From Geosiphon pyriformis uo1 (taxonomy: Eukaryota; Fungi; Glomeromycota): a stretch of DNA of 64,000 bases. The translations under genes were made by a program, and so were the position numbers. Below are positions 37,301 through 49,408 of the stretch, one piece after another (the first letter of the stretch is position 1; each line of letters opens with the position of its first letter). The stretch covers positions 124,001 through 188,000 of the forward strand of contig JAAOMT010000369.1 of NCBI GenBank assembly GCA_016748015.1, read 5' to 3'. The notes under the pieces are model-generated. The model had not been told where the DNA came from and made no database searches. It saw nothing but the letters and a program-made list of their open reading frames with translations.

Positions 37301-38368
37301 TCTGTTAAAGGTTTTTTTAAGAATATTATAATAGGGCCAGCAGATTAGCTTGCCATTTACCATGATTCCTTCTTTGTTAACTTTAACATTGTCTAGTGGC
37401 TTGTCATTGCTGATAAAGATGGTATAAGTAAGTTCAGTAGTTTTTTCTTGTTCTTTTTGATCTTCTTTATCATCACTTTCATTATCATCTGATTTATCTG
37501 ATTGTTCTTCTTCTTGGTTCTGTTTGGTTGCTGGAGGAGTTGTCTAATGATGGCATTTAACCACAATGGGTTTTTTACCACATCTGATGGTTAGCTCACA
37601 CAGTTCATAGTCAAGTAGTGCTTTGGCTTTCTTAAGCTACTTATTACCAACAATGATGGTATACTCTTTTGCTTCAAATACTTTCATATCTGTTTCAATG
37701 CTGATACTATTGATACGAACAGGAATAGCTTTGGCTATGCTCAGGTCTTTCTTTTTGTCACCATGTACATTGGTCATTGGTCTTGTGGAAGACTCATCAA
37801 TTTTTCTGCCAATTGCTTCAAGAAAGTGTTTGGCAATTATATTAACAGATAATCCACTGTCTAAGATCAGGTCAATGAAGTAACCAGCCACTTGGGCTTT
37901 ACAAATCAGAGAAGTGACATTGCTGTTGTCAGTGAGTTCAGCTTAGCAAGAGCATTTATTGGTTTTTGGTGTCTTTTTTTTTGGTATTAATGATTTGTAA
38001 AGATCTTTTCTAAACTGTAGATGAGTCATTAGTTGGCCAAATATAATGTGTACAGGCATTTCCATGAGATCTTTGACAACAAAATAGGGTCCAGATTTTT
38101 GTACAATTTCTGGGAGTTCCAATTTTGGAGGATTTTTAAAAACTTTAGCCTTTAGTGGTTCATTGTTATCAGCAGTTGATGTAGAGGCTTTCTTTGGATC
38201 TAGAACGAAATCAATCTTGGCTTTCTTCTTCTTTTTTGTTGATTTAGAGGTGTTGATTGCTAATTCATTCATGTCATGGTCATTATTAGTTAGGTTAAAA
38301 GCATAAAAGGGGTTTTCTTCTGGTTGGCTTGCACTCTCACTCTTTGGAGGTGCACCTACCAATTTAAA
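34350..38368 (-). pseudogene. Gypsy C pol (PR, RT, RNase H, IN)
   Basis: PR LILDSGLS; RT WAFPVVVV..CIDY, KTAFIT..MPFGLTNAP..YLDDII; RNase H NADALSR; IN H..HFG..CNIC. Confidence 0.93.
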
Positions 38369-39904
38369 GGCTGATAAACAGTGGTCTCAACCAGAGGATC
38401 CTCTCCAAAGAAATTGATGTTAACATAATTGGGTCTTTGATTGAGAACATTGTTGTTGCTGGTTCTGTTGTTGTCATTGTTTCTAAAAGCTGAAGGAGAC
38501 AGAGAAGAATTGTTACAATCTCTGAAGAAATGTCCAGTTAATTCACAATGGTAACACACAGGTGGGCCATGATTTTGTTGTCTTTGATATGGGGGTTGTT
38601 GAGTTTGATTAAAACAGGGTTCAAATTTGGGTCTTTGGAGTTGTTGATTTTCTCTGACAGCTTGGGCTAAGAGTTCCAGTAATTGGGCAAGATTAGCTGT
38701 AAGTCTATCTATTAACTGTTTATTTAGGTCTTGAGTTTGGGGAGCAAAAGAGACAGCAGCTATTTGTAGAGCTGGAGCCATGACAGAAGCAGGAGCAAAA
38801 ACTGGAAGTGTAGATCCCAAATGCATCTTTTGGTTATCTTCAATTCTTTGTGCCAGTTCAATAGTCATGTCCATTGTTGAGTTGTCTTTTAAAGCCAAGA
38901 GAGACCAAAGAGCATATGATAGATCAGTTTTTAATCCTTTTGTGAAGGAATGGATCTTTTGTTCTTCTGTCCAGTTTCTTTCAGAGTCTACATGTTTGAT
39001 TAGCTTTCTGATAGCTTTAACATATTCAGTCACTACTTCTCCAGGGCCTTGGGTTTTTTTTTTCTAATTCCATGTGCCATTTGGATATTAATATTGGGGT
39101 TCTGAACTTGGCCTCAAACTGAGTAGTGAAAAAAGTATTTTTTTCTTCAGCATTGGTTGGTATCCATTTGATTATTCAGTGTTGAGCATTGGCATCTGTT
39201 TCTTGTAAGAACCAGATAGCAGGAGAGCCTTGGAAGTAGCCACCAATGATTTGGAATTTGTACTCTTCATCATATTGGTTGGCTGTGGCAGCTCTTTCAA
39301 AATCATCCAACCATTCAATTAGATCTTGTGCATCATTTCTAAATAGTGGTAGTGGGGTATTGTTTCTTCTTCCTAGAGCAGTTTGTATATCTTGGAGGGC
39401 AGCCAGAATGTTTGCTTGCATGAGATCATTAACTATTGGTTCAAAGGTAATTGTTTGTATAGATGAGTCTGATTTGCTTGATAAAAGGTCAAAAACAGGA
39501 GCAGTTTGATAGCTTTCTTCTTCTGTTTCAAAGGGAGTTTCAGTTGCTTGATGGGCAGCAATCCAAATGTGGATTTGATGATTCAGATATTCGAAATCAG
39601 AGGGCTGTTGTTCAAAGATTGCAGAATATAAGAGCTGATTGATATTGTTGTTTCTTTCTTCAAAATTGTCTTTAAAATAAGCTTGGTCAAAGTAATAAGT
39701 TGTATAAGCTATATAGGTTTCAGCTGAATGCTTGTTCAGAAACCAGTTCTAAAAGTCTTGGAATTGTCTGCTGGATTGTTTTTCAATGGGGAAGCAAATC
39801 AAGCAGGAGGGCAAAGGATTGAGTTCAATAAAGTCTAGATCATTTTTGTTGTGTGCTTTAAAGTGTTCTTCTAATTGTTGTGGTAGGTATAAATAATCAT
39901 CCAT
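38356..39904 (-). pseudogene. Gypsy C gag
   Basis: ATG at 39904; EWLDDFERAATAN capsid-like region; knuckle CYHCELTGHFFRDC; TAG at 38356-38358. Confidence 0.88.
38362..38368 (-). promoter_or_regulatory. Putative -1 ribosomal frameshift heptamer T TTA AAT (gag to pol of C)
   Basis: XXXYYYZ in the correct gag phase, two codons before the gag stop; pol is in the -1 frame; downstream stem TGCAC..GTGCA. Confidence 0.75.
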
Positions 39905-39933
39905 ACAATAGGAAACAAAGTGGATTTTGACAA

Positions 39934-39950
39934 CCTCATAGGGAGCACCA
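39934..39950 (-). promoter_or_regulatory. Primer-binding site of Gypsy C
   Basis: TGGTGCTCCCTATGAGG 6 nt from the 5' LTR. Confidence 0.85.
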
Positions 39951-39956
39951 CTTTTA

Positions 39957-40695
39957 TGTTATGGGTTGAAGTAACAAGCTAATGAATAGCAAGGGAGAAC
40001 AGGATTGTAGGGTGATAGAAATAATCAAAGAGAATTCAACTTCAAAAAGTGAATTGAATAAGTATGGATTCAATGTGTGAGATTAGTCTCATAAAATATC
40101 TCAATTGCTATACTTTTTAAAGATAACTGGGGAATCTGAAGATAGAGAAATAGTCCATACTGTCAACAAATAATCACATTTAGTATAATTCTATGCCTCA
40201 TGTTAGCACTTTTAGAATTCAATATCAAGTATCAGATATGCTCTTCAGTCATATTTTATTCAATAATTTCTAAATGTTGCAATTACATGTTTCAGGAAAA
40301 AGGTAAAAAATAACCAACAAGTAATCTTTTATCTTTAAGATGTTCAGATACTTGAAAGTAGGGAAAGAAAAATTAGCAATAAAAGAAGGATTGAGATGAA
40401 AGTTGTTATTTTATTTATTTAATTTTCTTGATTTTCTACATGCTTTTCTATAGCTAAGAGATTTATTGCTTATATAACTGTCAAAAGTGGTCAATGATCA
40501 AGTCAATGACTAGGTCAATGATCAGGTTATTGATCAGGTCAATGATTAGGTCATTGATTAGGTCAACAATCAGGTTATGATCAGGTCATTGATCAGGTCA
40601 ATGCTCACTTTTTAAAAATAGAGTGGCTAATTTATATGACATCATTGGCTAATACATGTAATAATTAATAAGAAGTATAAGTTTCAATTGTAATA
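39957..40695 (-). repeat. Gypsy C 5' LTR (739 bp)
   Basis: Direct repeat of 32951-33630; 9-10 copies of the 12-bp unit at ~40489-40606. Confidence 0.95.
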
Positions 40696-40699
40696 ATAT

Positions 40700-40894
40700 A
40701 CATAATTTGGGTTCTATGAGATTGCTCACATTCTCAAGTGATGTGCTATAATTTTTCAAGCAATGCTCATATTGTTGAGCAATATGTCATATTTTCTTGA
40801 TATTGGTCCACATTGCTGAGCAATATGCTCATATGCTAACTACTTGCTTATTGGTCTATTATTTTCTGTATCTGTTTTCTTTTTATGAGTAACA
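40700..40894 (-). repeat. Gypsy B 5' LTR, U3 portion
   Basis: Aligns to ~23788-23951; TGCTCA..TGAGCA palindromic repeats. Confidence 0.93.
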
Positions 40895-42110
40895 ATGCAT
40901 TATACTTAAAAGCTAAATATCTAAAATGCCCATATTTTTTACAACAAACCAAATCCATTCTAGTCCAAGAAAACTTTATTCCACCAAAAATTGGTTCTAT
41001 TTAAAAGGCAGATTCCAATTTTTTATTAGAGTTAAAGCCAATTACAGCACAGCAAATTCTATTACCATTTTTCAGAAATTGATTTATAATACAAGTTTTT
41101 CCACCAGCTTTTTTCAAAAAAGTTCTAAAATTATGTGCAGTTATTTCCACTAGCAAGATAAACAAAAGCACCCTAAACTGGTCTCTTGACATCCAAACAT
41201 TATGATTTTCTACAGTTTTTGCAACACATATTGAATTTTTTTTAATTAGGAATAACTATCTAGCCACCAACTGATTAGCCTAACTCAGTTCAGCAAATTC
41301 TATCATAGTCTTTTATTACAGTTCAATAAGTTACAATTGGATTGATATTATATAACAAAGCTATAATGATTATTTCCTTTGGTATATATATAAAAATTTC
41401 TTTAATTACTATGACTCAATTCAAACAAATTTCTTGTTTTTTGAGATTACTGTTTATAATGATTTTTTTTTTGGCCAATAATATGGCCTTTTCTATGTTT
41501 TCTTTTAAGGTAAAAGTAGATTAGATAATTTTTTTAAATTTTGAAGGAGTAGTGGCCCTTTAAAACTGTTGACTACTGAAAAAATTTCTCTGATCTTCTG
41601 TGTTTTTGCCATTACTAATTTGTTCTCTACTGCTAAAAAATTGATGTTTAAAGCAAATGACTTCTTAATAACAACTTCTATCTAAGTTTTAACAATTTTA
41701 GGGTCAATCTATTTTCTATTTAAAAAGATTGGAAGACAGAAAGAAAAAGAAATCTCTTTATTATCATCCATATCAAAGTTAAAAGAACTAAGTAGAAAAC
41801 CAAAAACAGCATTAGTGTTAACACACTTTACTTTAGAAGTTGTAGTAGCTAAACCTAAAAAAGACTTATTATGAATATCAGACATATCAATATCTTTATT
41901 ATTACTAAACAAACTATCCACATCAAAATACATACTATTATCAAATTCAGATTTAATTAAAGAGACATTCTTCTTATCTCCAAAATATTTGATATTTCCA
42001 AGAACAACTCTCTTTTTTTGTGAAAAAAAGCCATCAACAGAACCATGAAAGATGTCTTTGAAGACTTTTTTTTTAGACATGTTGCTACTTGAAACAATCT
42101 CCAACTCTAC
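40895..42110 (-). pseudogene. LINE2 ORF1 5' part
   Basis: MSKKKVFKDIFHGS..FFSQKKRVVLGNIK matches the LINE1 ORF1 N-terminus; KAGGKTCIIN. Confidence 0.85.
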
Positions 42111-44737
42111 AAAAAAAAAATCATTAGGCAAAGAAATATTGATGTGTAAATTAAAAAAACAAAAAAACTTTTTTTTAGAAATATGTTCTTTGAAGAATTT
42201 TGGATAAAGGAGAGAAAAAAAGTCTATATATAATTTTTTGTAAATTTATGTACTATCTTAATAATTAATATATTATTATTAGACTCAATATTTACATAAT
42301 ATACTGTATTAACTATTTATTCTTTTAACACAAAGTTTTTAGCCAATAATATATATAAATTTTTTGTTTAATATAGCTTTATATAGAGATTAAACTATTA
42401 TATATCTATTATCAGAAACACTTATCAACTTATTCCATTTTTAAATAGTATTTAATATTAGCTTTTATTTAATATAATTATCATAAATATATAAAAATAT
42501 ATAATCGAAATTTTTAATTATCTCATATTAAATACAAATCACACTCAAGTAATTTAGATTGTATAATTTTTTTTTAATTACAAACAAACAATAGTATAGA
42601 GTTTTTATAAAATAAAATTTAAGTGTTATATATAATAAACTAATAAAGTCAAAGCAAATTTTGTTATTAAATTATCAAATACTAAAAGTTTTATTCATAT
42701 TAAAAAGACTATTATGATTCTTATTTACAGTATTATTGGCATATTTAGATTTTTAACTAATAAAATTAATAGTATTATATAAATATTTAATAAAATAACA
42801 AGTATTTTCAAAGATAAATCTGTCTTTAATGCTAAAAAAACAGCATGACACTTAAATAAGCAATATAAATTCAAACATAGTAATAATATTAGTGTAAAAA
42901 TTAGCATGTTTATTATTAATAATACCAGAATAATTTTTGATTTTTTTTTAAACAACTAACAAATTTTTCTTAGCAATAATTTGGTGGATCTGTTTTTTTT
43001 CTATTTAACATTTATTGTAAAAGTTGAAACTAATATTATTCTTGCTAAAATAATATATATTTAAAAATATCTGGTTGTTTATAAACAACATAACAAAACT
43101 AGAAACAAATACACATTTTAAAGCAAAAACAATAATCTACATTTTTATTAAAGTTAAAAAAAACAAATCATGTATTCTGATTTTAACATCTATATTAGCA
43201 TTCAAAAAATAAGCAATAATACTACTACAAATATTTACAAATCCCAATTTTTTGACAAAACTGTTTATGTAAATACTTATATTATTTAGCCCAGATTTTA
43301 GCAAATATTTATTAATATAATCAAAGTTATAAAAGCAGTCTGAAAAAAGAAAGCAAAAAACCAAAACACTATTGTTAACCAAACTTTTATTTTCAATAAA
43401 CTTGATCAGTAAACCAAACCAACTAAGAATTAAATTCTTAAAATTCAGTTTTTTTAATTTGCAAAATGTGTTTTATATAAAACATATGTCATACTAATTT
43501 AGAAATTGCTTTATAAAAACAATACCAAAACTTTTTAAAAACCTAATTATATCCAGATAGTATTCTAAGCCCAGAATATCTGTAATTATAACACTATTGT
43601 TAACTTAAAAAATGTTGAATAGATTATTACTTAAAAATAACTTATACAATATAAGAATGCTTATTATACTTATTAGAAAACAATTTAAAAGATTAATTAA
43701 TAGCTTAATTGAAAATTAAAGAGAATGCTAAAACAACCAGTTAACAGTCTGCAAATTTATAGCTTTGTATTTAAACAAATTGCTAAGAATATCTCTTAAA
43801 TTAGCAAAGACAACCAAATTAACTATCAAATTTTCAGTTTACATTTGGCCAAAAGTTTTCAAATCATATAATTTAAGATAAAATAAAGTTTTATTAAAAA
43901 AGTTTTTAAACAAGTTAACTTTAAGTTTTAGTTTTTTTTTAGCATTCTGTTTTATTTTTTATATATATTTATTAAGACATAACTAAACTGTATTTTATAT
44001 TTAATTATCAATTAAAAAATTATAAACACCAGATACAAAAATTGCTTGTTCAAAACTGTCTTTTTTAGAACCAGATTTGTAAAAAAAATCTTATATCTAA
44101 ATAAGCTTTAGCCAAACTTGGCTTAAAAAAATATTCATAGATAAAAAAATATTTAAGTACTTATAAAATTCATACTTTTTTGTTACCAAAATATTTAAGT
44201 TATTAATTAAAAAAAAAAAGTCTCTACTTTTTTATTAATAAATATAACAATTATTTTATCTGTATTAATTAAAATATTATTAATTAAAAAAAATTTACTG
44301 GCTATATTCAAAATACATTAAATTGTAGTTATGCTATTTTTAATTCAAATTGTATTATTCACAAAAATACTGGCTATTAGAAAAAATATTTTATTACTTT
44401 TAAGATTTTGTCTGTCAATTTTTATAAAAAACTTTAAATCTAATCTGTAAATACATAAATGTTTATGTTTTTTAATCTTGTAATACAAAAGATTATAGAA
44501 GATTCTTTACAACAAAAAAAAATCTTTTCTTGATTCAAGCTATTATAAACAATATATTTTTTTAAGAGTCCAAAATTTATTATTACTTAATTAACTTTAT
44601 TATTATTATTTTTTTATTCGTTTAATGAGTAAAGTCCAAACATGGCTTAGTACTATACATTATAATTATGATCTAAACTAGGTGCGAATTATGCATTTGC
44701 TACACATAACCAGCCACTCGAGCCAATTAAGACAACA

Positions 44738-47700
44738 CTATCTACCTATATAAACTGAGACCATGTTCTTAATATCTGAAAAAAACTGACAAGACTTATA
44801 AAACTTAAAACTAACACCAAATGCATCAGCAATATCCAATAACCTGACTACATCAGCTGAAAACACCACTGGAAGACCAGAAACCAAGACAGGAACAAAA
44901 CCATCAAATAGGATCAAGCCACATTTTTTCATAACAGCCCAGTGTTTAGTATGTACCAGCCAAATATCATCTCAGAAAGCAAAACAGAATTTGTGCACAA
45001 AAAACACAATATTCTGAACTGCAACTTTAGAGTCTTTAAAAACGGAAGCAGATTCACGATACCAAGACAAAGCCCTTATACAAAGCAGTACCAACTACAA
45101 TATCGGAAACACAAGCATGCAATAACTGCAATACACAAGAAGAAAAGCGAGATAAACCTGAGCGTGACTCTCATGCCAATGCATGAGCTTCCATCAAATG
45201 GGCATGATCAGCAACATCAAAAGGGCAAGAGAAAACATGGTCCAAGACCTTGACATTTCCACAGAACAAACACACCACATTAGGATAGCACTTATTATAA
45301 AGCCACTTACATACTACAACAAGAAGACGGCAATACAATGCCTTTATAAAGTATGAATGGAGGCCAGCAGTATGTGCATTGGTAAAACCAGCAGCCAAGT
45401 GAGAATCAGAATACCACACCAAAAAAGATCTGGACCAATCAATATCAGCATGCAAGCTATCTGCCAGGATATGGAAGCTGGAACCAACTTCCCAACATGA
45501 ATAATGAATAAATTGAAAAATATCATGAATGAAATACCAAGAATTACCAAAGACAATTGTGCCATTAGTTTGAAGAAACTGTTCATTAATCATGTAAGAT
45601 AAGCATTTATCAAAGAAAGTAGCAGTCCTAGCCAGAGCATCAGCACACTCATTGCCAGGGACACCAGAGTGACCTCTAACTTTAATCCAATTCACATCCA
45701 AATTCTTGCAACAAATGACATTAACAATATGATGACACTTGACCCAACACTGATTCCTAAAATCTGGATAAGCCAACACAGACTCTGATTTGCATGTGTT
45801 CAGAACAGTCTGGCTGTCTGAAAACAAGTTGACAAAATGTGAAGGAGGAATACACTCAAGAGCCAGAGCAATGGCCTGCAACTCCATCATAGTAGAAGAG
45901 ACCAAACTCAAAACCCCAACACCCAGGCCCAAATCAATATCCTCAAAAAAAACAGCAGCACCAGCCATCATATTAGAAGTACTCAGATTGTTCAAAGATC
46001 CATCTGTGTATACAAAAAGACAAGCAGCATTAACATGCAACAACTCAATGCCAATGACACCAAAATCAAGAGACTGAAGGACATCGAAGAAGACATCCAA
46101 AAGTAGGGAGCAAACAGAAGGAGAAATTCCACCACCAAGAAAATGCACAGAAAGCTTAAACCAAACAAAAACAGGGCCATAAGGGTTCAGTCATTTCCAT
46201 TGCTTGAAGGTTGGCCACCCAAAAATATTACCATGCTTGTCACACAGCTGGTCTACAAAAGCAACCCCATATTGCCGAAGAGAAGAAACACACTTAAAAT
46301 AACTAGGCTCTTTAAGAACAAGAGACATAGGAGTACAACCCCAATAATGAAATGCACTTGTCAGAGAGCTGCCCAAGGACAAATCACATCCAGAAAAAAT
46401 GTGGACCACACCAGCTAAAAAATTGTTAGAGGAGTTGACTCTAATACAAACTGGAAATTGTAGAGGATGGCGAAAACACCAGCTAAGAACCTAAAGATCA
46501 TGAGACTTATGAGAAAACAACTGACCCAAAACACCCAAAAAATTCGCAAAAAAATAATGAAGGCCGATTTGCTCTCAGCCTGAATTTGTTCAAAAGTCTT
46601 TAAACCATACAAGAAGGGATGATGAATTGCATCAGTAGAGAAATCATCTAGGAGACCAGACTTAGACTTCAAGCCCCTACAAATCATAGCATCTCATTTA
46701 TTACAAACACTGAAAGGAATAAAACTAAACTAGATCCTGTAATTGACAATAGAAAAAAGAACTGCTGACACCAAATATGCAAATTGCTTATCCAAAATCA
46801 CCTTTCTCAGAATGAAATTGACAAAAAACCAAACATCCGAATGCACTTTTGTCATGCTAGGTTTTGACAGACCCCCAGAAGACAAAAAAATACCCAAATA
46901 ACAATGAGGTTCCCCCTTTTTGGCAACAGAAATAGGCAAGCCACTGACAGTCAGATGAGAATTAGAAACCCGGCAGTTAATGGGAATGGCCACAGTCTTG
47001 TTATTATTTATAGAAATATCATTCAACCTAAAAAACTCATTAGCAACATTGAGAATGTATTGTGTAGCAGTCTGACTACTACCAACCCAAATTGTATTAT
47101 CGACGAAAACATCAGCAGTAAAAAATGATGTTAACCCAGTTTAAGATTCCACCTGGCCCGACTTGGAGACAAAATGAGAATTCAGTCTGTAATCACATAC
47201 ACTTTCCTGCCTTTTAACTTCACATAGAAGCAAATCATAGAATATGCGCCAAAGAAGAGATGAAAAAACTTCCACCTGGTCTAAACTATTATGAACTCAA
47301 TACCCATCAGTTAAGCCAAAGTCTGTCATCACTCTGTTAACTTGACCATTGTGAATATTTCCAAAAAACCTAATAAACCTGTCACACATTTTGATCCTAA
47401 CCAAACTCTTCCTGAGATGTTCCCAATTCACAGAATCATAGGCCTTATGCATATCTTGCAAAACCAGCCACAGTTCATGGTTTTTTTCCAATGCATCCTT
47501 AATTACCAAACTGATGGCAAAAATAAGCAACTGTGTAGTTGTACTCTTTAACACAGAGAAATTGTCTCCATGTAAAACATCATAAGTACTGCAAGCTGAA
47601 GAAATCCTGTCTGAAAGAATCTTGAAAAAGATCTTGTGAGCGGCCTCGATCAGCACAATAGGATGGGTATTTGTAAGAACATCTTTCCACTTATATGGCT

Positions 47701-49408
47701 TAGAAATCATCAAGACCTAAGCCTCCCTCTAAGGCCCAGATACTGATTCACAAGTTAGACACAGATTCAAGAGCACAGAAAGCATAGCCAAAACTGAGCT
47801 GTCATAGTGTTTCCACAATTCATTAGAGATGCCAGAAAGTTCAGCTGTTTCCATTAGGCAGATCAGAGATCACCACAAACAATTCATCAAAACCAATCAG
47901 ACACATTACACCAGAAAATGCACCATTAAAAACATAATCCAAAGACTAATATTGGCGAATCCAATCATCAGAGATATCTGACACTACCCTGCGCTTTCTT
48001 GTCCAACTTTTCATAATCTCATCTACTTTAGATTTAACCAAATTGGGCTCCAAAACCAACTCATTATCTACAACTAAATGATCCAATACCACTTTACAAA
48101 AAGGATGTTCCAGCACACTTCTAATAGTACGATCTTTATCCAATTTGAAACTTTTTATTCTATTGGCAATGGTCTGTCTGATGCAAGATTCTTCAGCATA
48201 CTTGAATTCCAGAAACTTGAAAGAACAGTAAAACTTCCACACTCTCGCCAACCCAGAACAGATAGCATCAAAAGTAGAACCTGAAAAAAAAAGAGACTTC
48301 ACTTCAGCTGCACCACCAGAGTTCAACCCATTCCATGTACCCAGTAGTGAAACAAAATCATCACTCAAAACCAAATGAAAAGCTTTCACCAGTCTGAACA
48401 CCAGCAACTCCAGTTTATGAAACTTAAAAGACACTTTGGTAAAAACACTGTCATAATCTTTGAACCATTTCCTCTTGAATGTCTTATCAGCCAAAGAACA
48501 CATGATACCATGAATAATGTTCCACATTGCATCCAGATCCAAAAACCTCTCAGCCATCTTGAATATACTCGAAAACACAGCAACATTAGCAGCTATGGCA
48601 TTCCTAAATTTGCACCACTTTTTTTCATTAACACCTTTGACGTTGTACTTCTAACAATTCTTGTTTGTCTGTTTGTGCAGTAATGACAGCTGAACATCCA
48701 ACAAACCACCCAGGCTTACAAAGACAGAAACAGCTGCATGATCAGTATCAAAATAGTTCACAACACCAGCAACACTATGACCCACCATTGCATTGACCAA
48801 ATTTGAGGAGACAAACACATAATCAATCATCTTAGCAATTCCACAAGAATTGCACCATATAGGTATCTTGGCAAATGCACTTCCAGCCAAAGAATTAACC
48901 AGACCCAAATCAAAACATTTCTTGAAACTGGCACATTTGCGAAAGCCATCCTCATTAAAGTCACTATTAAGAATAACAAAAGAAGACTCATTTATAGCCT
49001 TTGCGATAAAAAAATTGATATCACCAGCCTGAGAGAACCGAACCACCAAGGAAGCACCAGCATACAGTCCCAAAATTGACACAGAAAGCTTATTCTTAAA
49101 AAGCAACCTGACACAGAAGATCTGACCAGGCACCTCAGAAACTTTGCATACATAACAAGCTAGAGAAGTGTCCATAATAATAGCTATACAGAACTCAGAT
49201 AACTAGAATCCACATCAGAAGTGAAAACACGGACACCATCAAACCTGTTTATGATCTATGAACGGATTTTATCTTTCAATTTAGTCTGGGTAACAATAGA
49301 AATCAAATTGTTTATTTTCTTATGCCAATGAACTATATCACCCTGTTTTGCAGAATTATTTATTTCTCTGACATTGCACATAGCAATTTTCCAAATTAAA
49401 TTAGTCAT
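44738..49408 (-). pseudogene. LINE3 ORF2 (APE, RT, RNase H, Cys finger)
   Basis: IAMCNVR, SDFN, IDYVF, DTDH; LQDMHKAYDSV; VYTDGSL, ELQAI, FSDSQ, KVRGHSGVPGNECADALA; CLFC..DHVFSC. Confidence 0.94.

Larger units (their letters stand above)
32951..40695 (-). mobile_element. Gypsy C: distinct Ty3/Gypsy family (no dUTPase, -1 frameshift, ORF3) nested in the B LTR
   Basis: LTRs 32951-33630 and 39957-40695; 4-bp TSD ATAT (32947-32950 / 40696-40699); removing C restores the B LTR sequence. Confidence 0.96.
23194..40894 (-). mobile_element. Gypsy B: same family as A (dUTPase, ORF3); 5' LTR interrupted by Gypsy C
   Basis: Perfect 4-bp TSD ATGC (23190-23193 / 40895-40898); termini TGTTA..TAACA; PBS, PPT and full pol. 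Confidence 0.95.
7777..42225 (-). mobile_element. LINE2: full-length LINE split by Gypsy A and Gypsy B(+C)
   Basis: poly(A) tail as T10 at 7777-7786. Pieces 7777-11472, 21483-23193 and 40895-42225 are collinear. Removing A with a 4-bp TSD restores the frame (QALITR*IRLNFVWAVKF). Confidence 0.88.

Noticed and set aside
40489-40606. CRISPR-like array
   Set aside because: Head-to-tail 12-bp units with no unique spacers, inside an LTR, with no cas genes
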